Part shown: positions 24,421 through 35,869 of the stretch, in pieces | Numbering within the stretch: the first letter of the stretch is position 1 | Layout: every line of letters starts with the position of its first letter | NCBI RefSeq assembly: GCF_001194135.2 | Contig: NC_068999.1 | Span: 18,407,564 to 18,471,563, forward strand | DNA: 64,000 nt | Source: Octopus bimaculoides | Lineage: Eukaryota | Direction of reading: 5' to 3' | The notes under the pieces: model-generated | The model's database searches: none | What the model was told of the DNA's origin: nothing | What the model saw: only the letters and a program-made list of their open reading frames with translations | Program-made: the position numbers and the translations under genes

Positions 24421-24777
24421 TTACCTTATATATATNNNNNNNNNNNNNNNNNNNNNNNNNNNNNNNNNNNNNNNNNNNNNNNNNNNNNNNNNNNNNNNNN
24501 NNNNNNNNNNNNNNNNNNNNNNNNNNNNNNNNNNNNNNNNNNNNNNNNNNNNNNNNNNNNNNNNNNNNNNNNNNNNNNNNNNNNNNNNNNNNNNNNNNNN
24601 NNNNNNNNNNNNNNNNNNNNNNNNNNNNNNNNNNNNNNNNNNNNNNNNNNNNNNNNNNNNNNNNNNNNNNNNNNNAGCTTTTTCTAAATATATATTAATA
24701 TTTACATATAAATATTTATATAGCGAGATACAAATCGCTCATAAACAACAATCACAAAACACTAATATAAGTACTAA

Positions 24778-24810
<33 letters not shown>

Positions 24811-26469
24811 GTGTGTGTGTGTGTGCGTGTGTGTGTATGTGTGTGTGCGTGTGTGTGTATGTGTGTGTATGTTTTAGATGTTTATGTGTATGCATATTTG
24901 TTTGAAGATATGCATTTCACATATTAGTTTTATTTTCTTTTTGTCCGTTTCAGTATCCATTCTTTCACGCTGTTGTACAAAAACACATTTTCAAAATTAT
25001 TTCATCGTACTCGCAAGAAATTTGTCTAGATTACTCCGACGAAGGAGCAAATTGTGAAAAGCAGAACACCATACCACGCGATTTGTTTTCTAGATACTTA
25101 CAAACATACTCGAAACAGCAGGTAGAAAACTAATAGCCGTCTCTATTGCAAGAAAGTTATATCGTCATAAGAAATACTTGCAAATCATTATCAACATAAA
25201 ATAGTACAGAATGCATTTGTTAATAAACATGTGTTTTCGTGTTGATAATGCCTATAATGAACAAAGAAGGCGTAAAGAATTTGAGTGTGTGCTAGGTTTT
25301 GAGAACGTAAAATATTTCACTATTAATAAAAGAATAATACGCCGTTTAGAGCAATGGTATTTTACTTAACTTTATAACAAATATGTACTTCGCAGTTGTT
25401 GGAGAAATAATGATGAGACAGTAAATAAGTAAAAATAAATCAGGATTAGACTTTTGTAGTCAAAATATATGAGCAGTAATCAAGGTGATACTAATCAACG
25501 ATAAAAATGTTTTCTCGTTAACACAATTCTGTTTTTCTAATAAGCTTATTGACGTTAACTGCATTAAATAGGTTAGCACGAATAAAAATACCATTTGAAT
25601 TCCAAGATTAATATATATATCTTTTGAATAAGCTGCGCAAAAATTCCCATTTTTAATCATTCACTGCCACATGGAAACTGTACTAAGTATTTCAGTTTGT
25701 AATATTCCTTGTGTTCAATCTCCGTCATGAGATTGCCGCGAGCAATATGTTGGTATTAGATATCACAAACATTTATTTCAAAGATGAGAGCAAATATGAA
25801 ATTGTATGTTGAAGAATATACATTAGGCAATGAATATCGTAACATCAAAGCATACAGATTAAAAAAGGAAGCATCAAATGGAACATATTACAAGACGGCA
25901 AACAAAACTAAAACTTTGATTCGTGAAAATATTATTCAGGCGATTAACAAATGTGTATGTATATGCATATGTATACATACATATGCATAAATAACAAAAA
26001 ACACATGGACGAAGAAACACAAACACACAAACGTATATATGTATATACGAATTAAAATCCAAACGCGGATCTATACTTCTTTCCAAATTCTTTTTACAAA
26101 GGACGTGTAAATATTTCTCTATTTCTAACTCTGTATCAATACGACGAATCAAAACTGATAATTAACAATAAAAATCGGAAATGAAATATTGTGTGTAGAT
26201 CATGAATATATTACACCCGTGTTTGTCTGCCAGCCCCCAATTTCTCGTACATTACCATTTTACTTACATCAAATACACTGACGGTTTCGTAAGAGTTCGG
26301 TGCAAACTGGATTGGAATGACACTGACAACTTTGAAAGTGAGGAACGGATTTTGATATAATTTTAATGGGGTATTTATAAGTTTTTGTGAACCATACCTA
26401 AGAAAATTATAAAAGTGCACTCAATAAATTTATAGTTATATGGGTCCAAACCTGTAGTAAATCAAGAAA

Positions 26470-27822
26470 TCACACCTGATCACCCGATCTGAACTCGATG
26501 ACCTAGTTCATTATATAATACTTACTAATCAACAGAGTGAAATACTGTCTCCACGTGTGCAACACTGGAACCTGTTGGATAATGATGCCCGAATTACAGT
26601 ATTTAGGAAGGTGTTCTGCTGATCTACAGCAATTCTTAAATGGATTTGTTGTAATAATATCAGCGGCCTACTCAATGCCTTTCAGTTGATGAATGAACCA
26701 AATGAGAGGAGGTTATTCATAAGTGTGCCACTTTACAGCATAAAAGCGTTTCTATTGCATATTGGAATTACCATGCTTTCAGTTCTAAATGCTCACTCAT
26801 TCATTTTAAGCGAGATATATAAGAACCTCGCTTTTATTCTAGACTGCAATCATTACACGAAGCATGGGTAGCTAATTTGTGCGGACTTTGCAAGTTGGTC
26901 AGTAGGGTCAGATCCGAATATTATATAAGCTCAGAATGGCCACCTCGGGAACTTATGACGTCTAGATGCTATAATGTTAATTATGAGCCACTAGTTAAGA
27001 AGGAGAAAAGCATTTTGGAAGCACTGCATATAAAACTAGGCCTAATGAAGCAATTTACCAAAGCACTGCAACATAACAAGACATATTTCTAGTACCTCAA
27101 GTCGATCTTTCCTAAAATAAATGTTTCCCAGATTAAAGAGGGCAGATCTGTATGCCCTCATATTGGTCAACTTTTAGCTGATGAGGACCTGGAGGCGACA
27201 ATGGATGAAACTGAGCTAGCGGCCTGGCATGCACTGAAAGATTTATTCAAAGGAAAGTACCAAGAGGGCTACGGAGAGAGTATAGTAGAGAGCCTGATCA
27301 AGGGGTACGAAGATCTCGTATGCAATATGTCACTGAAGATTTACTTTCTTCATTCTCATGTGTCCTTCTTCTCCGAGAATGTAAGAGATGTGAATGATGA
27401 ACATGGATGGAGGTCCCATTATGACATAGCCTCATTGGAAAACAGGTATAAGGAAAAACAGGGCCCATCTTTGCTGTCTAACATCTGCTGGAACCTGAAG
27501 CGTGACACATCTGAGGCGTCTTATAGTTAGAGAAGTAAATACTAAAAGTGTAGGTCGACAAATTATGCTAAGAAACATGCCCATTCATTATATATTTATA
27601 TAATTACAACGGACATATTTAATCTGAATTTGGGAGCAACATAAATATATGGTGCCGTGAAAATCGGTATAAATTGCACAATTGTTAAGTCCGTAATTCA
27701 CAGAAAAATGTGAGGTGATGGGAAGTTGTTGTTACAAAATTCTACTTTAGCGCAATCAACTTCATAATAAATTGTACATGAGAACCAAGTATTTTCTTGA
27801 CCCACAAAATTGTTGTATAGTG
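26470..27822 (+). mobile_element. Chapaev3-like (CMC/Transib-related) DNA transposon relic
   Basis: HLITRSELDDLV...QSEILSPRVQHWNLL; ERRLFI...SIKAFLLH; WPPR...NVNYEPLV...LHIKLGLMKQFTKAL; ELAAW; CNMSLKIYFLHSHVSFFSEN...VNDEHG...HYDI...RY...CWNLKRD. Right end TTGTTGTATAGTG followed by TTA. Family name assigned from memory of these motifs; left TIR not found. Confidence 0.8.
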
Positions 27823-29154
27823 TTATAGATTGAAGTGATGTGTGAGTATGTGTGTGTTTGTGTCAGTGTCTGTGCATGTGTGTGAATGCGTTTATGCGTG
27901 CATGTGTGTGCATGTGTGTGTACGTGCGTGTGTGTAATGTGCATGCGTACATATATAATTTTGTTTGTAATCTTACATATCAAAAAGAAAGCATAGGCGA
28001 TATATATACACCAGAGTAAGAACATAAATGTGAAACAAGGTGGAAAAAAAGAGTACTCAAGTATCAGAGGTAGACTAAAACGCTTTATTTCAAAGCAATG
28101 GAAATATGACAAAAGCTGTTACTCAGAGTTTCACGCTCCTCTTCGTCGGACAGTTTTGTTAAAATGGAATAAAATCAAAACACCCTTACAAATGGATTTC
28201 TTTCTTTGGTTGTTTCAATTCACGGTTTTAAGCATGCAATGGACACAATAAATGAATTCAATAAAAATTGATCCTATTGTAAAATTGAATAAAACCTTAA
28301 ATCGAAGAGTACATACAAAGTATATATTGTAAATAATTATATACGAAATATAAGTCAATTAATACACTAAAATTAAAATTAAAATTTTCACGCTGCATTA
28401 CATAAATATTTAACATTATAGACCCATACCAGATCATCTATAATATACATATATACATTAAAAATACACAAATGCATGCATATAGTTACATACATATACA
28501 GGCGTATATATGTAAGACAGAAATATACGCACAAATACACATATACACATATACATATATGCACGCAACTATGCATCTCTTAGTGTATACATATACAAGT
28601 CAGTTAAAACAGATAGGAGAGATAGGAAGTATATCTTAAACGTAGGAAGGGGTAAGAAAAAGAGACGAAGAAGAACCCAAAAAGTAACAGCTAGCGAAAG
28701 AAAGAGAGAATTAAGTGGGAGGAAGCGGAGGAAAGCACTGCTTAAGGGGGCTATCAAAGTAGCGAATAGGGAGAGAAAGGATACTTTGCGTAAGGAAAGG
28801 AAAGAGAGAGATAGGTGACGGAATATGCGTAACAAACGTTCACATAGAATTTAAATTTACACACACACACACACACATATATGTATATATANNNNNNNNN
28901 NNNNNNNNNNNNNNNNNNNNNNNNNNNNNNNNNNNNNNNNNNNNNNNNNNNNNNNNNNNNNNNNNNNNNNNNNNNNNNNNNNNNNNNNNNNNNNNNNNNN
29001 NNNNNNNNNNNNNNNNNNNNNNNNNNNNNNNNNNNNNNNNNNNNNNNNNNNNNNNNNNNNNNNNNNNNNNNNNNNNNNNNNNNNNNNNNNNNNNNNNNNN
29101 NNNNNNNNNNNNNNNNNNNNNNNATATATATATATATATATATACTGCTTGAAT

Positions 29155-29197
29155 CCATCTTTGCTGCGTGGGCTCGCGCATTGTCCTGATGAAACAT
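29155..29197 (-). mobile_element. ~43-nt mariner transposase micro-fragment
   Basis: rc ATGTTTCATCAGGACAATGCGCGAGCCCACGCAGCAAAGAT (MFHQDNARAHAAK) versus ATGTTTCATCAGGACAATGTGCGACCCCACGCTGCAAAGAT in the mariner near 1945-1985. Confidence 0.8.
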
Positions 29198-29250
29198 ACA
29201 CACACACATATATATGTATATTCATTTATTTATAAGAACAGTGCGTATTT

Positions 29251-29539
29251 TATCGACATCTATAGCTGAGCATCTACGTTACGGGGGGCGTAAACACAAT
29301 AACACCCGTTGGCAAATGGTGGTGGGGACAAACACAGATACAAAGACGACCGCATGCATAGATACATACATGCATATATATACGACAGGCTCCTTTCATT
29401 TTCCGTCTATCAAATAATTTACTAGGATTTGATCGGCCATATGCCATAGAAAGGTCACTAGCTAAAAGGGTCACGGAGTGGGACTTAGCCTTGAACTATG
29501 TGTTTGTGAAGCAGATTTCTTACCACACGACCACTCCCA
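29251..29539 (-). mobile_element. SINE family A copy (3' truncated, degraded)
   Basis: TTACGGGGGGCGTAAACAC...GGTGGGGACAAACACAGA-(microsatellite)-TACGACAGGCTCCTTTCATTTTCCGTCTA...CTTACCACACGACCACTCC is the reverse complement of family A. Confidence 0.78.
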
Positions 29540-30884
29540 TTTTAATGAAATGTTTGAAATATCCAATGCGAAACTGGGGACACTTATACAACTTTAATTT
29601 AACAATGTAAAACTGTCTTTGTATTCTCTATTAACTACTTCATTATAAAATGCACAGTTTGTTGAGCAAGTGCGCTGTTAATGCTGAGAATTTTGAATAG
29701 GCATGTTCATTAGAAAACATATGGCCTAGCTTGCAACCTGTTTTATTATGCCAATTCCCACCTAGTGAATGCACTGGAATACTAACGGGATTTCGCTTCA
29801 GACAAAAATCGGATTAATTGGAAACAGCTTTGTTCCGGAAAAAGATTTTACTAATAATGCTTCCCATATAGCTGAAGGCAATCTGGAGGAATAGGTTATC
29901 GTCTTTACTATCTCATTGCGATAGTTTGTCGGTTGAAAATACAGAGAGAACAGATATTCTAGAAACAATTTTAGAGTCGATATTGCAAGTGATAGCAATA
30001 ATCACATGAAGTGCAACAATATATAGTGAAATACACTTTGTGAAAGAAGTCATAAACATTATGAAAATTACATAAAACTGTTGCTAGTAATGTAAGAGCG
30101 ATAGAATGCGGATTCTTTTTGAAAATATAGTTTCGAATGCATGTAAAATTCGCCATTTGACAAAGCTTTTTACGAATTTGTTGACATCCAGAGCTATTGA
30201 ATACAGTAGGAGAATCTGCCGTGCTACACTTCGCACAAACTCCATTTTAAGTCACTGATGGCTTCGCTACATATAAACCTGAAAATGTTAGTCATAGTAA
30301 TCTCTCTTCTGATATGTAAATCTAATTACAATGTGAATAGCAGCATTACACTCTGGGATTAGAATAACAAATTGTTTACATTTCCCAAAAAAATATCACA
30401 AGGGTTATGTTTGAACTTCTATGCTGAGTCAATTTTTCAGTATCTTTTTTTTTTCTTTCTTAATTTCCTTACTTAAATCCTTTCTTATCCCTTCATATCT
30501 TCCGAGCTTAAACATCTATCTTGCTTTGGCTTCTAACTACATGAATATATTTGAAAAACGATTTGCACTTTATTAGTATATTACAAATACTATGTAAATA
30601 AAGTGAGGAATATACGAATAAATCATATACAACGGGGCTCATAGCTAGATTTATCCCAGAATATCCTTTGACATCTATGAATTTACGGTCACACTTTGGT
30701 CACTATACTATTGAGTTTCAAGAGAATATAAACATACCTTTTAAGTGCTATTCATCACCAGAAATTATGATATATACTTTCATATTTTACCAGTTTTTCC
30801 TTCCTACTTTTATATCTTGCTTCTTTAAGCATTCATCAAATATTTATCCGTCTTCTTGCTAATATACACATTTACATACACAGT

Positions 30885-30966
30885 AAATATAATTACGATA
30901 ATGATGATCATGATCATGATTATGATGATGATGATAATGATGATGATGCTGATACTAATAATAATA

Positions 30967-31009
<43 letters not shown>

Positions 31010-31034
31010 TGATGATGATGATGGTGATGATGAT
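30885..31034. repeat. (GAT)n/(AAT)n compound microsatellite
   Basis: Direct reading; abuts the LINE fragment at 31035. Confidence 0.95.
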
Positions 31035-31790
31035 AAAATGAAGGCAATTCAACCTCAATCTAGCTGTAAATACCGTTGGAATAATGAAGGCATGTCAACC
31101 ACAACCCGGTTATAAATACTTGAGAATACTTGAGGCAGATGAAATCAAACACTATGACATGAAGAGAAAGACAAAAAGAGAGTACCTGGGGCGAGTGAAA
31201 AAATATTGGCTTCAAAATTGAAAGCCAGAATCATAATTTCGGCAATAAATCCTTGCGCAGTCGCAATAGTTTGGTATGGTAGTGGAAACTTCAAGGGGAC
31301 AGAGGAGGAGCTAAAGGAGATGGACAGGATTTAAGAACGCTCCTAACGATGCATAGAGTGCAGACACTGATCGCGTATTCATGAAGAGAGGAAATGGACG
31401 AAGAGGATTGATATGTGTGGAAGACTGTGCCTATCGAATTCAAGAGTTGAGTAAGATAGCTAGCCCAAAGAAAGGAAACCTTGCTAGTGAAAGTTAGGAA
31501 AGAAGGAGTATTGAAAGCAGAGAAAGAAGGAAAAAGAAAGGAAGAAGTGCTAAAAGGACATGGAGATGAATTTCACAAGGACAGACTACACATACAATTC
31601 CATTTAGCCTCAGCAGAAGTTGCTAGAGAAAATACGTGAGAATAGGTTAATGAAAGGAACCATGAAAAAAGGGACCGAGAGTACCATACGGGCAGCGCAA
31701 GGCCAATTGGTGACAACGAACAGGAGGGTCAAACTTAGCAATGGGCAAGGGTCTCCGCTGTGCCGCATCTGCAATAGAGTGCAGTGTCTT
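31035..31790 (+). mobile_element. R4/Dong-type LINE fragment (RT thumb to CCHC)
   Basis: YKYLRILEADEIKHYDMKRKTKREYLGRVKK..ASKLKARIIISAINPCAV; EELKEMDR; DRVFMKRGNGRRGLICVED; KGTMKKGTESTIRAAQGQ...PLCRICNR. Frameshifted. Confidence 0.85.
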
Positions 31791-32219
31791 TTCCCGTTGA
31801 TGTTTCTTTTCATCCCGAGTCAAATGGGATAGTGGAGTGTTTTGATGGCAGGCATGGTAACTGTAGACCTTTCGTTTATATCTGACAATGGTCTACAATA
31901 TGTAGTTTCCTTTTCGCGAAAGCTGCCCTTGTCGCAAAAAAAAAAAAAATTAAATCATTATTGGTGGAAGTGAGAAAGATATAATGTAAGAACTGCTATA
32001 TAAGGAGAATCGGAAAATTTATTTGTATCCAATTTATGTCGCAACATGCTCATTCAGAGACGTCGCACATCCTTTCGTAATAGTAAGTATAAAAGTTTAG
32101 CTTCTAATTTACATGTGTCCCTTTTCCATTACGGAAATGATGTACTTTTTACAAACTGAACGAACGTGGATGAACATAAACAAAACATTATTTTCGGTGT
32201 GTGTAACCTGCGAGGAAGT

Positions 32220-32597
32220 GGAGGCGCAATGGCCCAGTGGTTATGGTAGCAGACTCGCGGTCATAGGATCGCGGTTTCGATTCCCAGATCGGGCGTTGTG
32301 AGTGTTTATTGATCGAAAAAACCCTAAAGCACCACGAGGCTCCGGCAGGGGATGGCGGTGAACCCTCTTCCATCACAACTTTCACTCACTCTTACTTCCT
32401 GTTTCTGTTGTGCCTGTAATTCAAAGGGTCAGCCTTGTCACACTGTGTCACGCTGAATCTCCCCGAGAACTACGTTAAGGGTACACGTGTCTGTGGAGTG
32501 CTCAGCCACTTGCACGTTAATTTCACGAGCAGGCTGTTCCGTTGATCGGATCAACTGGAACCCTCGACGTCGTAAGCGACGGAGTGCCAACAACAAC
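32220..32597 (+). mobile_element. SINE family C (tRNA-derived), full length, apparently young
   Basis: Perfect A-box TGGCCCAGTGG (32230-32240), B-box-like GGTTTCGATTCC (32273-32284), CpG-rich body, 3' tail CCAACAACAAC. Confidence 0.85.
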
Positions 32598-33220
32598 CAG
32601 CGAGGAAATATAAGCCACTGGATGCAACTAGATGTGCGATACTCAACGGCACATTACGGCAGGATACATAGGAGAACAACATATTTGAAAGATAGGCTCT
32701 TCAATTATCCTTTCTTTTCCTTATAGATTTAAACACAATGATGTGTTCAGTAGTTGCTTATAACGCGACTACTTCAAAATCGCTGTGATACGTAAGACTG
32801 AGGATTCATTAAATTTATTTTATTAGTAAATACAATAGAATGCTTATAGTTTTGGCATATTGGTAATTTGAAATTATACCCTGAAGAAAATAAACCAAAT
32901 ATCAGACGATATCAGTTTGTGGGCTTTAAATTCCAAATAGAAGATACCGGGAAATAATATTTCCACAATTAATGATGTAAGAATATTCAGGATTAATAAA
33001 CACTTGAGATTCTATTGTCACCTTTGAAAATGAATTTTAAATTATCACCGTGTGCTTTGTATGAGGTATTGCATTTTGAAAACTTAATGGGAAATTCATT
33101 AATGGTTTCAATGATGATCATATAATAAAATATATAATACACCTGTCTGAAATAACTTCTGCAGATGCTACTTTAAATATTCTTGAATATCACTACATTT
33201 CAGATTGTCTAGTGCAGTAA

Positions 33221-33437
33221 TATTCATTTCTACTCTAGGCACAAGGCCCGAAATTTTTGGGGCCTGGGCCAGTCGTTTCAATCGACCCCAGTTCGCTAAA
33301 GGCACTTAATTTATCGAACCCGAAAGGATGAAAAGCAAAGTCGACCTCGGCGGAATTTCAACTCAGAACATAAAGATAGACGAAATACCACTAAGCATTT
33401 CGCCCGGCATTTCTAAAATTTCTGTCAGCTCGCAGCC
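33221..33437 (-). mobile_element. SINE family B copy, full length
   Basis: TTCTACTCTAGGCACAAGGCCCGAAAT...ATCGACCCC...CCCGAAAGGATGAAAAGCAAAGTCGACCTCGGCGGAATTTCAACTCAGAAC...GTCAGCTCGC. Confidence 0.88.
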
Positions 33438-33440
33438 ATA

Positions 33441-34281
33441 TTGTACTTGAAATATTGCAGCCGAGAATAACATTTTAAACATTTACTATAGTTTATTAAA
33501 ACAAGAATTATGGAAACATTACTGCGTTTTTCCGAAAATAAACCCATCCGATTTTAAGCTTACAGGCTTATATTCAGAAACTCTTTTTATGTATAGCCCC
33601 AGTAATTTTTATTAATTTTAGAAAAAATAATAATTTAAGCAACATTCTTTAAGTCTGTATTTAAGCCCTTAGGCTTATGTTTGGAAAAAGCAGTACTTTA
33701 AAAATGAAGTAAATTAAAATTTGTTTAAAAAAAATACGGCAGAATTCTTCTAATTAGTCATCCCTTGGAGACAACTGAAAGTGACGAATTAGGTGAAGTA
33801 ACAAATTAACCAAAGAAGAATTAGGCTAATTTTACTGTATTAATGCTAATAAATTTTAATAATAATTGTTTTGTCGGATTAATTTTTTTCTTTTTTTCAA
33901 TATTGAAGAATTAACCGAGCATATGGTTAATTTGAATCCATTTAACGATCATTGTACTGCAATCAATGACGTTGCTATATACGATTTCACTTCTAGTGAA
34001 AAAGAAAATCTTGTGCAACATTATTTACAACTTCATAGTTTATTGTTTGTACTTGATACAACTAGATGCAATGACTATTTTAATTGTATATTTCAAGAGA
34101 CCTGATATTAAACAAATGTTTTGTTTAAATTTATTTTTTGATTATTTTTGTACCATGATTTTAAAGATTTACTTGCTTTTTAGATTCTCATGATAAATAA
34201 AATAAATTATCTAAAATTTAACTAATACAATGTAGTTTAATTTTAAAAATGCTATTCTTGGCTGCAATATTTTAAGTACAA
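33441..34281. mobile_element. 841-bp AT-rich MITE with ~45-bp TIRs and TA flanks
   Basis: TA|TTGTACTTGAAATATTGCAGCCGAGAATAACATTTTAAA versus right end rc TA|TTGTACTTAAAATATTGCAGCCAAGAATAGCATTTTTAAA. No coding remnant seen. Confidence 0.8.
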
Positions 34282-34750
34282 TAGAATTTTAATTTTAAGT
34301 ACTTTTAAGTTTCCTTTAGATGTGGTGAAGTAGGCAAATTCTACTGCAGAAATCTTGTTATGTACTGTTCCAGGCGTAATAACTTAAGAATATTAAGATT
34401 CATGCGCTCGCAATTTGCATTGCAATCCATTTTTTTTTCAGGCAATGCATTAATAATAATAAACATGCTTTTGCTTTAAAACATATTTGAATTATTTGTC
34501 ATTGTTGATTATTGAATTAAGATAAGAATTTAATGTTTCTTTTTTTATTTTCACATTATTTCTTGAATTTTAAAAATAAGAGAATGTTACCTGGACAAAG
34601 TTCGTTGCATTGGCTAATATAAACATGATGTAATACTGTAAAAATAGCCAATGTATCCACGGTACGCCACGAAGAAACATCTGCCCTTTCTGAGCAGCAT
34701 TACTAGAAACTTAAACGTCTGCCCGTTGAAAGAGAGAAACAATATCATTA

Positions 34751-34958
34751 CTCTTTTCTACTACAGGCCTGACATTTTGGGGGAAGTGCTAAGTGGATTA
34801 CATAGACCCCATTGTTTCACTGGTACTTAATTTATAGACCCCGAAATGATGAAAGGCAAAGTCGGCACCGGTGGTATTTGAACACAGAACGAGAAGACAG
34901 ACGAAATACCGCTAAACATTTCGCCCGGTGCGCTAACCATTCTGCCAGGTTGCCACCT
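34751..34958 (-). mobile_element. SINE family B copy
   Basis: TGGTACTTAATTTATAGACCCCGAAATGATGAAAGGCAAAGTCG...GAAATACCGCTAAACATTTCGCCCGGTGCGCTAACCATTCTGCCAG. Confidence 0.85.
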
Positions 34959-35563
34959 TAGAAAGAATAGCAATATCGCATCATTAAATATTCAGAAATA
35001 AAATTATTTTATATGAAGTTACAATTGCATATTATAATCCAATTTCCATAAAACTGTAAATTCTATAACCGAAATATCATCCATTTATTTTTTTAAATGC
35101 AAAAATAACCAATGCAACCACCGTAAGGCCTTCTGGAGCAAAGTAAGTTTGTTAGTTGAAATACATGCATGATAAAACTAAAATCTGCAATTCAGCTACA
35201 GCTCTTCCCAACACGCCTGAAAATAAAATCAAATCTGAATTCTACTACTCTGAAAATCCAATCATACTATTTACCCTAAGAAATAATATAAATTCCTTGT
35301 CAATTTACCCTAAGAAATAATGTAAATTCTGCTACTCTTTATTTTGAATTAAAGTTTAAAAGCAAACAAACAACTTATTAAACCACATCAGAAGTTCTTA
35401 CAACGTTGTGATGCTTTGCTTTCATTTGTTTAGTAAAAATACCTCTTCGTATCATGATTTCGTCTTCATTTTGTGATAGACAACTATCATGCAGAAAATG
35501 CCTGGTTCTAAATCCTGTGTTCTGATTAAGTGAAAATTATTAAACATTTTTGCAATATGCATG

Positions 35564-35648
<85 letters not shown>

Positions 35649-35869
35649 CTGTGTGTGTGTGTGCCTGTGTGTGAGTGTTTACTTATGATATGATGGACAA
35701 CAGAAAAGGGTCCACTTGTCATCAATTGTTGTCAACCTACCAACTCTCTCCTTAAAGCTATGCATTCATCACACACACCTTTGTTTCCTTTCATAGGCGT
35801 TTTAAAAGCTAATTATATGTATATGTGTGTGCATTTACGAAACCATGTATGGAGCGTAGCGTTATTATC

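Noticed and set aside
29790-30245. Stop-poor hydrophobic minus-strand frame (MEFVRSVARQILLLYS...)
   Set aside because: Two internal stops, no homology recognised, and AT-rich DNA readily gives F/I/L-rich frames.
34587-34636. Hairpin TGCATTGGCTA...TAGCCAATGTA containing TAATACTGT (miR-8-like seed)
   Set aside because: Only ~11 bp pair, the inner stem is poor, and the rest does not match miR-8.
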